This document shows, piece after piece, positions 13,041 through 28,950 of a stretch of 64,000 bases of DNA. Location: the NCBI RefSeq assembly GCF_006345805.1, contig NC_043015.1, forward strand, positions 1,922,001-1,986,000, written 5' to 3'. Position 1 is the first letter of the stretch, and the number at the start of each line of letters is the position of its first letter. Below the pieces are notes generated by a model that was not told the origin of the DNA, searched no databases, and worked only from the letters and a program-made list of their open reading frames with translations. This DNA is from Octopus sinensis (lineage: Eukaryota). The position numbers were made by a program, and so were the translations under genes.

Positions 13041-14354
13041 TCTTCCTCATATCATTATCATTATTTAATTAACTAAAAAAATCGCTTCCTTTGTTTATTA
13101 TATATATCGTTATAATTGAGCTGGAAATTTTATATTGTTAAAAATGTTCACAAATATAGTTTAGCCCATCTTTGTCCCCGAATGGCCATATCTGTGAATC
13201 TCCACACACATTTTCTACATAGTTACAAAAGAAAAAAGAAAAGAAAAATTCCCTATATCCCCATACAGAACCTTATTGGTGATGTGTGATTTGTGAAATA
13301 TTGTCTTACTATTTATAGCAATTCGAGGGACCATATCGAGGCATTCTTCTTGAATCAGAAATGCTTCACTTGTACGATGTCCCTGATTACTTATATCTAC
13401 TATTCTCTATAATGTAGGAAAGATGGTTAGAGAAATTCTATGGTGGAAACGATGATTGCAGCATTGGATTATATCGTGCCATATTTCTGTCAATGTTCAT
13501 GCAAATCTTTTTATAACAGAAGCTAATGTTGTTCTTTAAACCTTGATAATCCTTAATCCAATAGACGTGTAATCTAAGGTCGTTTAACTGTATTGATCCC
13601 ATCTCTTTAAGGTCAAGAAGAATTATGTCATCTGATTAGTCCTTTGCCACTTGGGCCGATAGTATGTGATTTAAGGAGGAACTGCCGGCTAATCAGGATG
13701 AGTAAAACAGCCATTTTTCCGGCCTGCGGGTATGTAAATACTTTATTCGCAGTGAAAGGGAGGATGAATTCAGCTTTTAATTTAAATCAATAATGCAAAG
13801 ATTCCTGTTTTCGCAGTCGCATTCCATGGACCTAGAAATGGAAATATCTTTGAATTCCAATTACGATTTAAATAAAAGGAGAAATATTCGGTAAATGTTT
13901 GGAAATAGTGCTCTAATCGTTAGCTCAGAACGAATTATTTGCATTTCACAGCACACAAGAGGTATGAACTGTGAATGGTAAAATCTGCTTTTCCTTACAA
14001 TAAAGTTGCATAAGATTATAATTTCCATTTAGTGCTTAGAACCTACTTAAAGCATTGTGCCGTATGTTACTTTATATACATCTGAATGAAAATGGCCGAC
14101 GATTCGCTTTTAATGAATTAAGATGCAACCAATTACAGCACTCTACCGTAAACGCCAGAACCACCACAACCATAAATCTATATAAACACCACAACTATCA
14201 CCGCCACTACCACCACCTCTACGACAACTACGCACGCATCGAAATTAACAACAGCAGCAACTTTATTAATTCAGGTTTCAAAAAGAAAGACTATACGGTC
14301 TTTAAATAAAAGTCAAAACGCATTACAGCATATTTAAAAAAATATATTTTACTT

Positions 14355-14485
14355 AGGCGTCGGAGTGGCTGTGTAGTAAGTAGGTTGTTTACGACCCACA
14401 TGGTTCCGAGTTCAGTCCCACTACGTGGCACCTTTAGAAAGTGTCTTCTACTATGGCCTCGGGCCGACAAGCCCGTCGTATATAA

Positions 14486-14534
<49 letters not shown>

Positions 14535-14797
14535 ACAATTAAGGATAACTTCTTAATAAGGAATCTTAACAAGAAATTATCAGGTAGTTAGCGCGAAAAA
14601 CCTCATAAGAGGAAATAATTCGAAAATATTTTTTTTCCTTTTGAACATATTAATTATATTTATATTGTATAGAGGGCATTATTACACATAAATGCCTCAC
14701 ACTAAGAGGTATGATCAGGTATGATTAGTGTAGTTTTGGTAGTAATGACTTATGTCCCTCTTAGCGTGAGGCATTTATGTGTAATAATGCCCTCTAT

Positions 14798-14882
<85 letters not shown>

Positions 14883-15125
14883 GTATATATATGTATGTAT
14901 GTTGGTGTATATGTTTGCGTGTCTGTGTTTGTCCCTCCAACATCGCTGGAGAACCGATGCCGGTGTGTTTACACCCCCTTAACTTAGCGGTTCGGCAAAA
15001 GGAGACCGACTAGGCTTACAAAGAATAAGTCCAGGGGTCGATTTGCTCGACTAAAGGCGGTGCTCCAACATGGCCAGTCACATGACTGAAACAAATAAAA
15101 GAGTGAAAAGAGAGAGAGTAAAGAG
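14355..15125 (+). mobile_element. tRNA-derived SINE family B (head 14355-14482, tail 14906-15125), split by TA arrays and a foldback insertion
   Basis: Head and tail match the contiguous copies at 21748-22182 and 43867-44224. The head has an internal deletion. Confidence 0.85.
14532..14802. mobile_element. Internally deleted foldback/MITE-like element containing a 46-bp-arm hairpin (14664-14802)
   Basis: Arm ATTGTATAGAGGGCATTATTACACATAAATGCCTCAC.CTAAGAGG is inverted with one mismatch; homologous to 42255-42806. Confidence 0.8.
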
Positions 15126-15251
15126 ATGTTTTGCATTTGGAAAACGAAGGTATGTATATGGCATCGCTCTCACGTTCATAATTATGCTCGATTCATAACT
15201 AAGCTCGATGGCTATCAACCGTGAGCTAAGTAACAACAACAGCTACTGTTG

Positions 15252-15296
<45 letters not shown>

Positions 15297-15742
15297 GCAC
15301 CTCCACCACTCCAATAGAGTAAAGCAGTTACTTTACGTGAATTTTTCCATTCATTACAAAAGAAGAGAATGGATATTATTATCTACAAATCTAATCCATT
15401 ATACAACAACGTAAGCCAATTATCATGTAACAATTATCATTGTTACACAATTTTCCTAGCTAGCTTCCTAGCTAGCTTCCATTTTAGTGTAGTCGGTTAG
15501 CGGTGGATATCTCTTATTCTCGATATCTGTTTTCTTGTTCTAGAAGCCTTGTAGGACTACCACCACCACAATAATAATACTACTAATGAAACTGTTTAAA
15601 ATGCGAGAAAAATAAAAGGCTCAAATTTATTTTAGTTGAACAACCTGTGCGTTTCTGTAAACGCTTTAACTAGAACACAATTCTACTTCAAGCACGAGGC
15701 ACACACTTGTTCCAGGAAAGTGCAGATGATAAAAGGACTTCA

Positions 15743-15872
15743 CTAAATTGTTATTGCTTTCAAGTTTCGGCACAAGGCCAGCGATTTCAAGGGAAGGGAC
15801 AATTGGTACCCATTTTCTGGATCTCCGAGAAGGATAAAAGGATAAGTAAACCTCGGTGGCATTTGAATTCAC
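15743..15872 (-). mobile_element. Degenerate SINE family A copy (first of a local pair)
   Basis: GGCACAAGGCCAGC tail and AACCTCGGTGG..TTTGAA B-box segment. Confidence 0.7.
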
Positions 15873-15944
15873 AGTTGGCAGGAGCCAAATCGGAGTGTCG
15901 AGTAACCTGTCATAACAGTTTGATTTGACGCCACCTCCTCCTCT

Positions 15945-16091
15945 ACTTCTTCTTCTTCTTCTTCCTTCTTCTTCTTCTTCTTCTTCTTCTTCTTCTTCTT
16001 CTTCTTCTTCTTTTCTTCTTCTTCTTCTTCTTCTTCTTCTTTTCTTCTTCTTCTTCTTCCTCTCTTCTCTTCTTCTTTTCTTCTTCTTCTT
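15945..16091. repeat. (TTC)n microsatellite
   Basis: Direct reading. Confidence 0.95.
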
Positions 16092-16289
16092 CTAAATTGT
16101 TATTGGTTTCAAGTTTTGGCATAAGGCCAGAAATTTCAAGGGAAGGGTCAATTGGTACCCTTTTTCTCGATATCCGAAAAGGAAAAAAAAAGGATAAGTC
16201 AACCTCGGTGGAATTTGAATTCACAAAGACAAACGAAATGCCGCTAAACATTTTGTCCGGCATACGAAAAATTCTGCCAGATCTTCGCC
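16092..16289 (-). mobile_element. Degenerate SINE family A copy (second of the local pair)
   Basis: Same tail and same internal deletion as 15743-15872; retains the head (TTCTGCCAGATCTTCGCCT). Confidence 0.75.
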
Positions 16290-17134
16290 TTTTACTAAAT
16301 CATGGTTAAAACTTCTTAATTAAATAAAAATGTTGCAAAACCAGAGAGCCAAGGGTTAAATACAAATATGCGATGCACTTTAGCCTTTCCTGTTAATCAC
16401 CACATTATGTACCAGAAAGAAAAGATGTTTGTTATGGAAACTAATGCTATTAATAGTAGACTCGCTACAGCTACGAGGAAGCAATTGAATTATGTGGCTA
16501 ACATACATTCTTGTCTAGGCTCGACACTACCCGAGTTAGCAATGACTGTCAATTTTCAAAAGTCAATAATGGCAACCAGTAGTAAATGCTAGGTTAGACA
16601 TTGTAGATGATTTCCTACCGTCTGTTTGTTGATGTGATTATAATAGAAGCCTTGATCATTGCCGTACCTTTTAGTTGCTAGGAGCATATGAGATACACAC
16701 ACGTGTAATAGTCGTGTAAAATATAATTTTCCGCTCTCCATGAAATATGTGACTCTATACCTACATCAGAAATTAGTAATTATTTCCAAGAGCTCCTGTA
16801 TATTATTGCTACTGGTTCATTGAGGTATCTCGGGGTATTGTTTGTGATCTGATCTGGGATGTAGAAAAAAGCGTCCGAACGAATGATGTCAACTTCACGA
16901 AGATGTCGCTGGACACAACTAAAATTAATGCTTTCAGGGCAATCTTAAAAGGTAAAAGAAATGTAACAAGTGATCACAGTAAGCAGTAAAAGTAAGTAGG
17001 TTTAGAGTTTAGATTATAAAAGAAAATGATACCAAGCAAGCTTTATAGACAGCTGGACCGACATTGTTTCAATATATTTGAGTAATGATTCGAACCAGAC
17101 ATCCGGGTTAATAAGTAGAAAGAAATCGTGGATA

Positions 17135-17455
17135 AATAATGAGATTCAACTCGGAATAGCCTGCGTTGAAATTATCCCGGACTAAACTGGCAGAAGTGGC
17201 AAATGAGTATGTATTTTCCGTATTTTTAATAATGTCTGATCGTTATACTTTGTCCTACCTTAATCTAACCAGATTGGAGAGTCTGCTTATAATTGAATAA
17301 TGAGATTCACCCCGGAATAGCCTGCGCTGAAATTATCCCCAACTAACCTGACAGAAGTGGCAAAAGGATATGTCGTTTCCCTCTTATTGATAATGTATAA
17401 CCGTTGTACTTTGCTCTATCTTCATTTAATCAGAATTGAGAGTGTGCTTTTATTT
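17135..17455. repeat. Diverged tandem duplication, two units of ~161 bp
   Basis: AATAATGAGATTCA..CGGAATAGCCTGCG.TGAAATTATCCC starts at 17135 and at 17296. Confidence 0.85.
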
Positions 17456-18441
17456 CAGTTCTTGTCAGGCGGATAAGTCTCACTGGTTCAGAAATCCAAT
17501 CTGCTGCCATCAGTCTCAACACGGAATTATTTCTATGTCTTGATTTGTGTCTTCATCATATACAAAGACTGCAGTACTTGCAGTTATTCCTGGGTTGAGA
17601 ACTAGTTTGGTAGATATTCGGCCTAAAGTTGTTCCATAAACAACTCTTACAAAATCTGCAAGTTTTACTGTTATAATTGTTTCCGACATTTGCTAAAACA
17701 AAAATGTTGAAAACACTTCAGTTTTTCGCATAATTAGGATAGACACAGTCATTTTAATGTGCCGTCTGCAGAAAAAACAAAAGTGTGAAATAACCTGATG
17801 TTGTAGAAGAAAGGGTAGTACGAGTCAGTCATGTCAGCATAGGAGCGGTTGCAATAAAACTGTCACGTTTGCGTTGATAATTTTGTATGCGGTAGCAAAA
17901 AAGTCATATTCCGAAAATTTTATAACAGATATAATAGCAGAGATGTATATGTTAACTTACACATCATCACTATAACTATGGTGGAAAATTGCAATGAGGC
18001 GAAAAATGGTAACAGCATAAACGACGCTGACCACGACAAAATGTCCGCTATCACCAACAGCCTCTCAAGGATTACCAATTAAAATGGCAATAAGAACAAG
18101 CGCAAGTAGATAACATGGTGGGAAAGAGAATATATAAAAATGTCAAGAAAAATGTTGAGAACATCAGCGGCAAGATAATTGAAAGAGGTGAATACAGCAT
18201 CACTAAAAGCAGAAAATAACAAAACGTGAAACAACCATCTCTAAAAGAAAAAAAATAGGAACAAAAATGATGACATCGACGAAAAACACTTGCCTAAACA
18301 AAAGAACAAAACAACGATAGACTTACGAGAAAGAACATGCGAATGAATCAAATAGGAAAATATTAATAATAATAATCACAACGATGATGAAGATGCTGCT
18401 GCTGCTGCTGATTTAAATGATGATGAAGATGATGATGATAA

Positions 18442-18472
<31 letters not shown>

Positions 18473-18689
18473 CCTGATTGCTAAAATAGGCACAAAATAA
18501 CAAGGATATGGGGAAGGTACAGACATCTAGATTAATTATACTATTTGATCGCTGGCTTTCAGGTAGAAGGAGTATAAGTAGTCCATTTTTTTTTATAGAA
18601 ATAGAAAATAGTCGTGGGTTAGAGAGGATCCATAGGCAAGATCTCGCAAACAAGAAGCATATTTTCCCGGCGCGTCAGGTTTTCCGAGA

Positions 18690-21070
18690 CAGGATTCGTA
18701 AGTCAACTACCGATAGGTGATAGCCCTGGAAAAGCCGTTAGAGCAGAGGCAGTAGGATTTAGTAAAATAAATAGTGATAAATGGAGACCTATTTAGGAAG
18801 ACAGAAGAGACTCTTAGAAGTGACCAAGAAACCCATGTGCTGGCGGTGAGATTGGCTCTTGATGAATTATTCAAAGCCAAACACAATGAGATTCGGTGTG
18901 TGTGCTAAGATAAGAGAGGATGAAAACATTCGATGGCCCCGGGTGGAAGAGGGGCAACTCGGTAACAAAGCCAGAATTCTGTTTTGTCATGACTGGAGAT
19001 GTGCATGATATACGAATTCAAGGGGACATGTTAGGAATTTTGGCTCCCCTTTGCCGTAATGTACTGAGCGCGTGGTGAGTCGGAGATGGGAGCGCATTTC
19101 ACGTCCTACTTCGGTGGTATACCATACCTTTCGGCCAGGGACCCGCTCTTTCTTTGTAATACCAATAAAAGCCGAAGTATTACGAGGCACGGTGAAGACC
19201 GCACAAGGGATGATTTTCCGGAGCTTGATGGTATCACATTTGGGCCTTATATTCAAGAGCGAGACTAGTTCGGGGATCTCCTGGCAGATGTGTACCACAA
19301 TTGGCAGCCGAATGAGAAAATCGCGTAGTACTATGAGCCGAGGCACTCTGGTGCTTTTGAGAAAGGAATCGAACAAATAGATGATATTAGGTTCATAACG
19401 ATGCTGGAAGCAGACTAGAAGATTTTGGCCAAGGCGTTATTATCGATAACTCGCCAGTGATGTGCAGACATGCACCACCCAAAAGATATCTATGCGCGAC
19501 AACCTCCACACCACGCGCTTTATCATAGAGAGGAAAGGTAAGGAACCTGGCATAAGTGGGGCTCTGTTCAATTTGGATAAATCAAAGGCTTTTGATACAT
19601 TCGATCACTAATACTTGGAGGCTGTTCCCGCATCGGGCGATTTCGGTCTCGTTTTCGGTAGTTGAATTATGGCCTTGTACAAGCGACATCTGCCCAGTGA
19701 TCAAAGTAAATGCCCACCTATAAGAATCGTATAACATCGTAAGCTTGATCCGTCAAGTGTACCCACTCTCGCTTCTTTTGTACGTTCTAACACTGAAGCA
19801 ATTGCTAGATGTTTCCAAGCGAACTAGCACGCTAACGGTTCGTGTCAGTTAATACGGACATCGTCACAGTGATAGTATTGGATATCTTGGAAACTGATGT
19901 GATCAGCAGTACCTTAAGCCCATACGAAGCAGTGACAAGAGCAAAGCTTAAACAGAAATCTGTAGGCCTGCATGTCAGCACAGGAAGAGGCAGGTTCATG
20001 TTGTCGGACAGCATTGTAGGGTGTTGTACAAAAGGACCGGTTAACTTGCTCGAGTCTCGTTTTGTTCGGATCTCCAGATAGAAAAGAACTGGGAAGTTTG
20101 GCCAATTTCACTCAGAAATAGGAAAGAGGAAGCTTTTCCTGAAGGGCTGGGTGGAGATGCAAATGCGTAAATCACTTCCGTTATCTACTTCCGCTTGACC
20201 ATCGCTCCTTGATCTGTTTCGTGGCTGATCAAGCTGGAGCTTTTGCTCCTCTATTTTCTGTTGAATAGATGTGTTCCGCTCGTTAGACGCTCCATCCGCT
20301 GTCGGATGACGCTAAATGGAGGAGTGGGTATGCTGCGGCTAATGATGCGTAGATATGCGCTGAGACTGCAGCATCTACAGTGTTTCCTTAACGGTGAGCG
20401 GGTGTGGTCGCCGTTTGTGAGACGAGATATCACGGAGCTACCAAAGACTGCGATATGGCGGTCGGCACCCGAAATATCGGCAAGCGCTCATAGACCTCTG
20501 CCAGATGGGTAATCTCGTAGGTGGAAGTTCCATATTGTAGTTGCACAGTGGATTAGTAGCGAGCAAGAATGATGAAATCATCTGGGAAATTCTGTGTTCG
20601 GGAGGGATCCGTTTCAGAGGATATTTGGGCCAGGACTTGTAGAATTTCCCACAAATCCATGACTGCGGCCATGCTGGAGCACCGCCTTTTTTTTTTAGAG
20701 TACATCAGGGATCACCACCTCCTGCCGGAGCCTCGTGGAGCTTTTAGGTGTTTTCGCTCAATAAACACACACAACGCCCGGTCTGGGAATCGAAACCGCG
20801 ATCCTCCGACCGGCTGTATTACCAGGGAGACCAGACGGTACGAGTTATGCACTCATCCAGCTGACTCCACTGGGAATCACCATGTTCATTTGGTCTGGAA
20901 GAGAGAGAGAAGTGCTGCCCAACCACTAGAATGTATGTAGACGGTGGGTGAATACGGCGAGGATGGATGGCACTGGAGAATAGGCCTACTATGAAAATAC
21001 GCTTGTAAGTAGAAGAGTGAGGTACCTGCTGAAGTGCCCTTAGCGGTGGCGGGGACCTGAATGTATGTGA
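18690..21070 (+). mobile_element. Decayed Tx1/L1-clade LINE ORF2 (RT region and C-terminus)
   Basis: Across frameshifts: PELDGITF, DNLHTTRFIIER (19498), GALFNLDKSKAFD (~19560-19596), RQ..PLSLLLYVL, YEAVTRAKL. GC-richer than the flanks; many stops. Boundaries approximate. Confidence 0.8.
20658..20811 (-). mobile_element. Chimeric SINE (family D body, A-rich linker, family B/CR1-type tail) inserted in the Tx1 relic
   Basis: 20699-20811 matches family D; 20658-20686 matches the family B tail GGCGGTGCTCCAGCATGGCCGCAGTCA. Confidence 0.8.
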
Positions 21071-21194
21071 TTCTTTTCGCCTGGGTTGAATTTTTCCCTA
21101 TCGGGTAATTTGCATTTTAAAAATTTTATTGGCAATTTTTTTTTTTAATTGCATACACATATTCTTATGCTAAGCCCCACACATTTCTTGTTTC

Positions 21195-21245
21195 GCATCA
21201 TCATTATCATCATCATCATCATCATCATCACCATCATCATCACAC

Positions 21246-21277
<32 letters not shown>

Positions 21278-21310
21278 CCATCATCATCACCATCATCATC
21301 ATCACCATCA
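21195..21310. repeat. (CAT)n microsatellite
   Basis: Direct reading. Confidence 0.95.
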
Positions 21311-21747
21311 CAGCTATTGATTCATTGGTTAAGACTATGTGCAGAGAACCGTCTCCACTGGAAAGTTAGAAATAATTCTGTTTTGTTTTCTATGAGCTTT
21401 CTTTTAACTACAATTGTATCTGAAGTGTAATTATGAGAGTAGAATATATAAAAAAAACCCATTGTCACTTAGGATTTTGATATGTCTCTGCAGCATCTAA
21501 ATAGAATTAGCATATATTATTGGTGTAAATGAAGTGCCAGAGAATAGAAATACTGAGTAATCGGTGATGTGTCTGTGTTAATGATATAAACTATTAATGT
21601 TCTATTATTACACATATCATTACAAGTACTGCTGAAGCTAATAATATTCACAACATTTTGTTATTAGCCGCAATTAACCGTATATACAATAGCGTAGCTG
21701 ACACAGAGAGAACTTAAGATATAATACAAAGATATGTGAAAAGTTGG

Positions 21748-22182
21748 TTTACTCTTTTTACACTTTTGCTCTTTTACTTGTTTCAGTCATTTGACAGCAG
21801 CCATGCTGGTGCACCGCCTTTAGTCGAGCAAATCGACCCCAGGACATATTCTTTGTAAGCCAAGTACTTATTCTATCGGTCTGTTTTATCGAACTGCTAA
21901 GTTACAGGGATGTAAACACACCAGCATCGGTTGTCAAGCGATGTTGGGGGTACAAACACAGACACACACACACACACACACAGAGAAACACACACACAAA
22001 CACACATATATATATATACAACGAGCTTCTTTCAGTTTCCGTCTACCAAATCCACACACAAGGCTTTGGTCGTCCCGAGGCTATAGTAGAAAACACTTGC
22101 GCAAGGTGCCACGCTATGGGACTGAACCCAGAACCATGTGGTTCGTAAGCAATCTACTTGCTACCCATCCACTCCTACGCCT
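21748..22182 (-). mobile_element. Full-length tRNA-derived SINE family B
   Basis: tRNA-like head, central (TG/TA) repeat, tail ending ..CATGGC.GC.GTCAAATGACTGAAACAAGTAAAAGAG. Confidence 0.9.
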
Positions 22183-23942
22183 AAAGATACAAATAATTTA
22201 ATGTGATCTATTGGATAATGGCAATAGTTAGGTTCCTGGTACAGCATGTCACCGGACGCCCTTTCCGATCATTTTTTGATTCTCCGGAAATGATTCTATT
22301 ATATATTAGAGGTTCGCAAAATTGTGTGTCCCTGCTGGTTAGATGTACCCTTTAGATGTATCTGTGTATAAAAGAAAAAGTTAAAAACGCTTATATTGTG
22401 GTTTAATATTTCTCACCTAAATCTTATTAGTCATTTAGCACCTTATTTCCATTATCCTTCAGATCATTAAAGCACTCCTTGAGGCGCTTGTAGCTTATTT
22501 GCAAAAATCACGAGAGGTATGCACGCAAGAACGTAAACATCTGTTAATGAATAACTTGCCTTGCTTTTCTTTTGTGTGATTTTACACATTTGCCATTGAC
22601 TCCCATCTTCCGGTCTGTGACATTTTCATTGAATTCTTCATATTTAGGCTTATTTAATCTATGCCGGTATCTTGAGTTTGCAATGTACATAAACTACATT
22701 CTGAGTGAACTGGTCTATTGTGTTTTGTTATTGTGAGAACTGTTTTCACAATTCTTACTGGCGAGAGACCCATGATAGGCTTTATTTCATACACCTCCTC
22801 AAATATATTACAGTTCCGGAAGATTTATTCATTCGCTTGCTCGATGACTGAGAGCGATTACCCACTCATTTTCTTACCTGGACATCTTGCGACAGATTTA
22901 CAATCACAGAGTTGCACATGATTTTACAGATTTCAAGCAGTGGCCTTTTCCTTTAGAATTATCTCTTTTCTATATATGGCTCTTTTCTATAAATGGAATC
23001 CTGAGTACTTCGAAAGTATTGTAAGAGATAGGTTTGTTTTAGACCAAAAATTTGATGCTAAAACCTTCTACATTCTCTTGCCGTACGTTTTGCTTTTTCT
23101 CTGTCAGTAGAACCTTCAGGTATGATATTCTTATCCTATACTTGTTACCGGAATGTAAAAACTATCTTGTTGTACTCATTCAAGTTTACCTGATGAGTGG
23201 CGTGCACATGTTTTTGACGTGGTACCACAGAAGTACAATTTTCTATTCATCTAATATATTTCCATTGTTAGTAGTATAATTGGTCATAACATTACTTTCT
23301 TTTGGTATAGGCTGAGCTTAATAGATTTCCTACAGAGTTTTACGACATATATAAAATGGTGGGGAAATAATGTTTAATTTGTTTTCATACCTATCCACTA
23401 TTACTGACGCTATATTAATTCATTAATTTAGACACACAGACAAAATGCTTTACGATTATTTAATAATATGTGATATTAAATTGCAAACAGACGATATCGT
23501 CAGTTAATTTAAAACTATTCGTGTTTTATGCGATATAATATCGAATTTTCTCGAATTTTGCTATAGGAAGAATGAGAATTAGCTAAAACAACGAGGAAAT
23601 TTATAAACTCTTATTCCTGAATATTCTCTTTTGTCTCATGGAAAAATGTTGGTATTTGTTTTTTCGTACCTTTTAATTTTAATTTATATCAAATTAGGTA
23701 ATAGTCTTTGATATGTTTTCTTTAAAATCTAAATCTGCTTTGAATATTGTGGTACTCAGAGTTGACGGAAATTGTATTGCCCTATGTATGACTCGCTTAA
23801 TAAATGAAAGCAACGGTAGCTTGCATCGTCCTAGTTCTTTTATATTCATTTATAAAAAAGTAATACATAAAGATGCATGTATCTACAGATACATACATAC
23901 AAACACATACATAAATACATATATACATGTATATATATATAG

Positions 23943-24019
<77 letters not shown>

Positions 24020-24675
24020 TTATAAATAAATACACCTATCTGTGCATGAACAAACACTCATATGCACGTGTGAGGAAGTTTACGGCAATGTACATAAATA
24101 TTGAATCATTTCTTATATAAATGCGAAACATTGTGTAGATATATTATGATCGTTTTTTGCTAAATGTTGTGTAGGTCTAATAAATTCTCAAAATACCCTG
24201 GCGGGTATTATGTAATACAAATAAAGTAAATGGAAATAACTCACAAGAAAAGGATAAAAAATTATGCAAACTATACTATAACAGGAAAATACATATGCAA
24301 AAATACAGTAATAGAAAAAGAAATAATAAATGGTATTTAAAAATAAAGAAGATATATGAAATTTAAAACAAAAAACCGAAAATAATCCAATATCTGCAGC
24401 ACACACCTACGTAGATATGCGAAAACTTACATTAGAAATATATGTTGTGTGAGATTGTGTGTGATATTTAGGTGGATATATATATCTGTGTGTCTAAACA
24501 AACCCGTGTTTTATATGCAAAATTATTTATGAGGCGCCATTTTAGAGGAGTCATTATATTGGTTGTTCGCGCTTTTATTCTTAGTTTCCACTGAGGGAGG
24601 TTAAATTCTTAATTGAACAATTTTGATCATTGAGTAAGTGTAGCCACTGTGTTTGTCGAATTTATTTTTGATAAC

Positions 24676-26570
<1,895 letters not shown>

Positions 26571-26986
26571 TATTCAAACATCAGTCGAGACATGACGGTT
26601 GTTACCAATGTTATCATTAAAGGAATATTTCAATAAAGAAAATGGTCTGACTCAGAATTATAGACGGAGCTGTCGAAACGAAAGTATTTGTTCTAAGAAT
26701 CCAATGCCTGACAATAAATTATTCTTGCGATAAAGATTAAAACATCAGGGAATATATAATGTATTTAATTCATAGATGTTTTGGCGTTTTCCTTTTTTGT
26801 TTTACGTTTATACTTTTTGAAAAAAAAATTATTGATTTTCATGGGGTGCTTTGCGGCATTTTTATTGTTTTATTTTCAACTATGCTTTTAATGCAAAATT
26901 TGATTACACAAACACGAGTGCACTTATATACATACATACGTACATACGCACATACGTAAATGCATAGATACATGTGTTTGTTATAA

Positions 26987-27029
<43 letters not shown>

Positions 27030-27138
27030 TACATGTATGTATATATATATATATGTGTGTATATATTATATATAGCTATGTATATGAATATATATGTATA
27101 TATATGTATTATATATACATACGTAGATACACACATAC

Positions 27139-27170
<32 letters not shown>

Positions 27171-27343
27171 TTTTTTATTTATATATACAAATTTCTTTAC
27201 AACCATTTGCATAAAAATTTTAACAGTTTGTATTCAGCTACATGCATCTGTGCATGTATATACACAGATACATGCATATATAGATATACACACATATACA
27301 TACATACAGCTTACATATATATGTATATGTATGTATATATATA

Positions 27344-27386
<43 letters not shown>

Positions 27387-27597
27387 TATATGTTATAGTA
27401 TATAAATATGTATGTATGTATATAGAAAGTTCGATAGATATATGCATACATACCTATATAAACTTACTTTGAAATAGATGGTGGCGTTCAATCATATGAG
27501 AACAAAAATAATATATATACTTATATATATATACATATATATTTGCATATACATATGCACATACACATGCATATATGTACCTACCTACGTATAAATG

Positions 27598-27644
<47 letters not shown>

Positions 27645-28194
27645 ATATATAAATGTATATATTATATATATATACTAAATATATATAATATTATATATAT
27701 ATATATAATATATATATATATATATAACATTATTGGTGAATTGAAGAAATGGAGCTGATGAAAGATTACTCATCTTTCTATTTCACATAATATATATATA
27801 TATTATATATATATTATATCTATATAAAGCGTATTTGTTATATGTGATATCAATATACCTCATTCTGCCTTTGCCAAAACTTGTGTGAATGAAGAGTATG
27901 TTTGAATGTTATACACACACAAACATACAACACAAAACACACACACAACATATATATATATAATACACATATATATGTGTGTATATATATATGTACATAT
28001 ATATAATATAAACATATATATATATATATATTTCATATATAGTGTGTGTATATATATATAGTACATATATATATATATATCTATATATATATAATATATA
28101 TTAGATAGTAGATAGATAGAAGAGATAGCTAGATAGATAGATAGATATATAGATAGATAGATAAGATATAGTATAGCATATATGTTAGGAGAGA

Positions 28195-28470
28195 GAAGAG
28201 AAGAAGAAGAAGAAGAAGAAGAAGAAGAAGAAGAGAAGAAGAAGAAGAAGAAGAAGAAAAGAAAAGAAGAAGAAGAAAGAAGAGAAGAAGAAGAGAAGAA
28301 GAAGAAGAAGAAGAAGAAGAAAAAAAAGAAGAAGAAAAAGAAGAAGAAGAAGAAGAAGAAGAAGAAGAAGAAGAAGAAGAAGAAGAAGAAGAAGAAGAAG
28401 AAGAAGAAGAAGAGAAGAAGAAGAAGAAGAAGAAGAAGAAGAAGAAGATGAACAACAACAACAACAATAA
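28195..28470. repeat. (AAG)n microsatellite preceded by (TAGA)n
   Basis: Direct reading. Confidence 0.95.
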
Positions 28471-28884
28471 CAAGAATGTAATAATGCAGTCAAATTAATA
28501 TAGGTAGATTATATTTCTGAAAATATATGTAAATATTTAAACAGAAACGATGCAGATTTAGCATTTGTTTTGTGGTGTTTGGCGTCTTAATTCTACAACT
28601 AATTCAGTTTTATTAATCGCTGGTGTTTCGTTTTGATTTTGATAGGTTTTATGGTAACGTTATTGCCTTTTCTCGCGTTTGTTTATTTGTTGATATTTAG
28701 ATGCTGGCATTGTTTTTATTCTCATTTCATCTTCAAAACGAGACACTTCTACGCTAAGTATATGTACACACATGTATTCACACATTCTTACGTAAACACG
28801 AATGCATGTTCACATATATATACGCACACAAACACGTTGGCTCACTCACACGCCGATACACACGCATATATACATACATAATAC

Positions 28885-28950
<66 letters not shown>

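Noticed and set aside
12558-13076. Poly-E, poly-K, poly-S and poly-L ORFs; also 15943-16263 and 28129-28493
   Set aside because: (TTC)n/(AAG)n repeats with no unique coding flank.
22861-22975. Strong minus-strand donor CAG|GTAAG after a short open frame
   Set aside because: No pyrimidine-rich acceptor upstream.
27745-27785. CTGATGA followed by a small hairpin
   Set aside because: No GAAA after the stem, so not a hammerhead.
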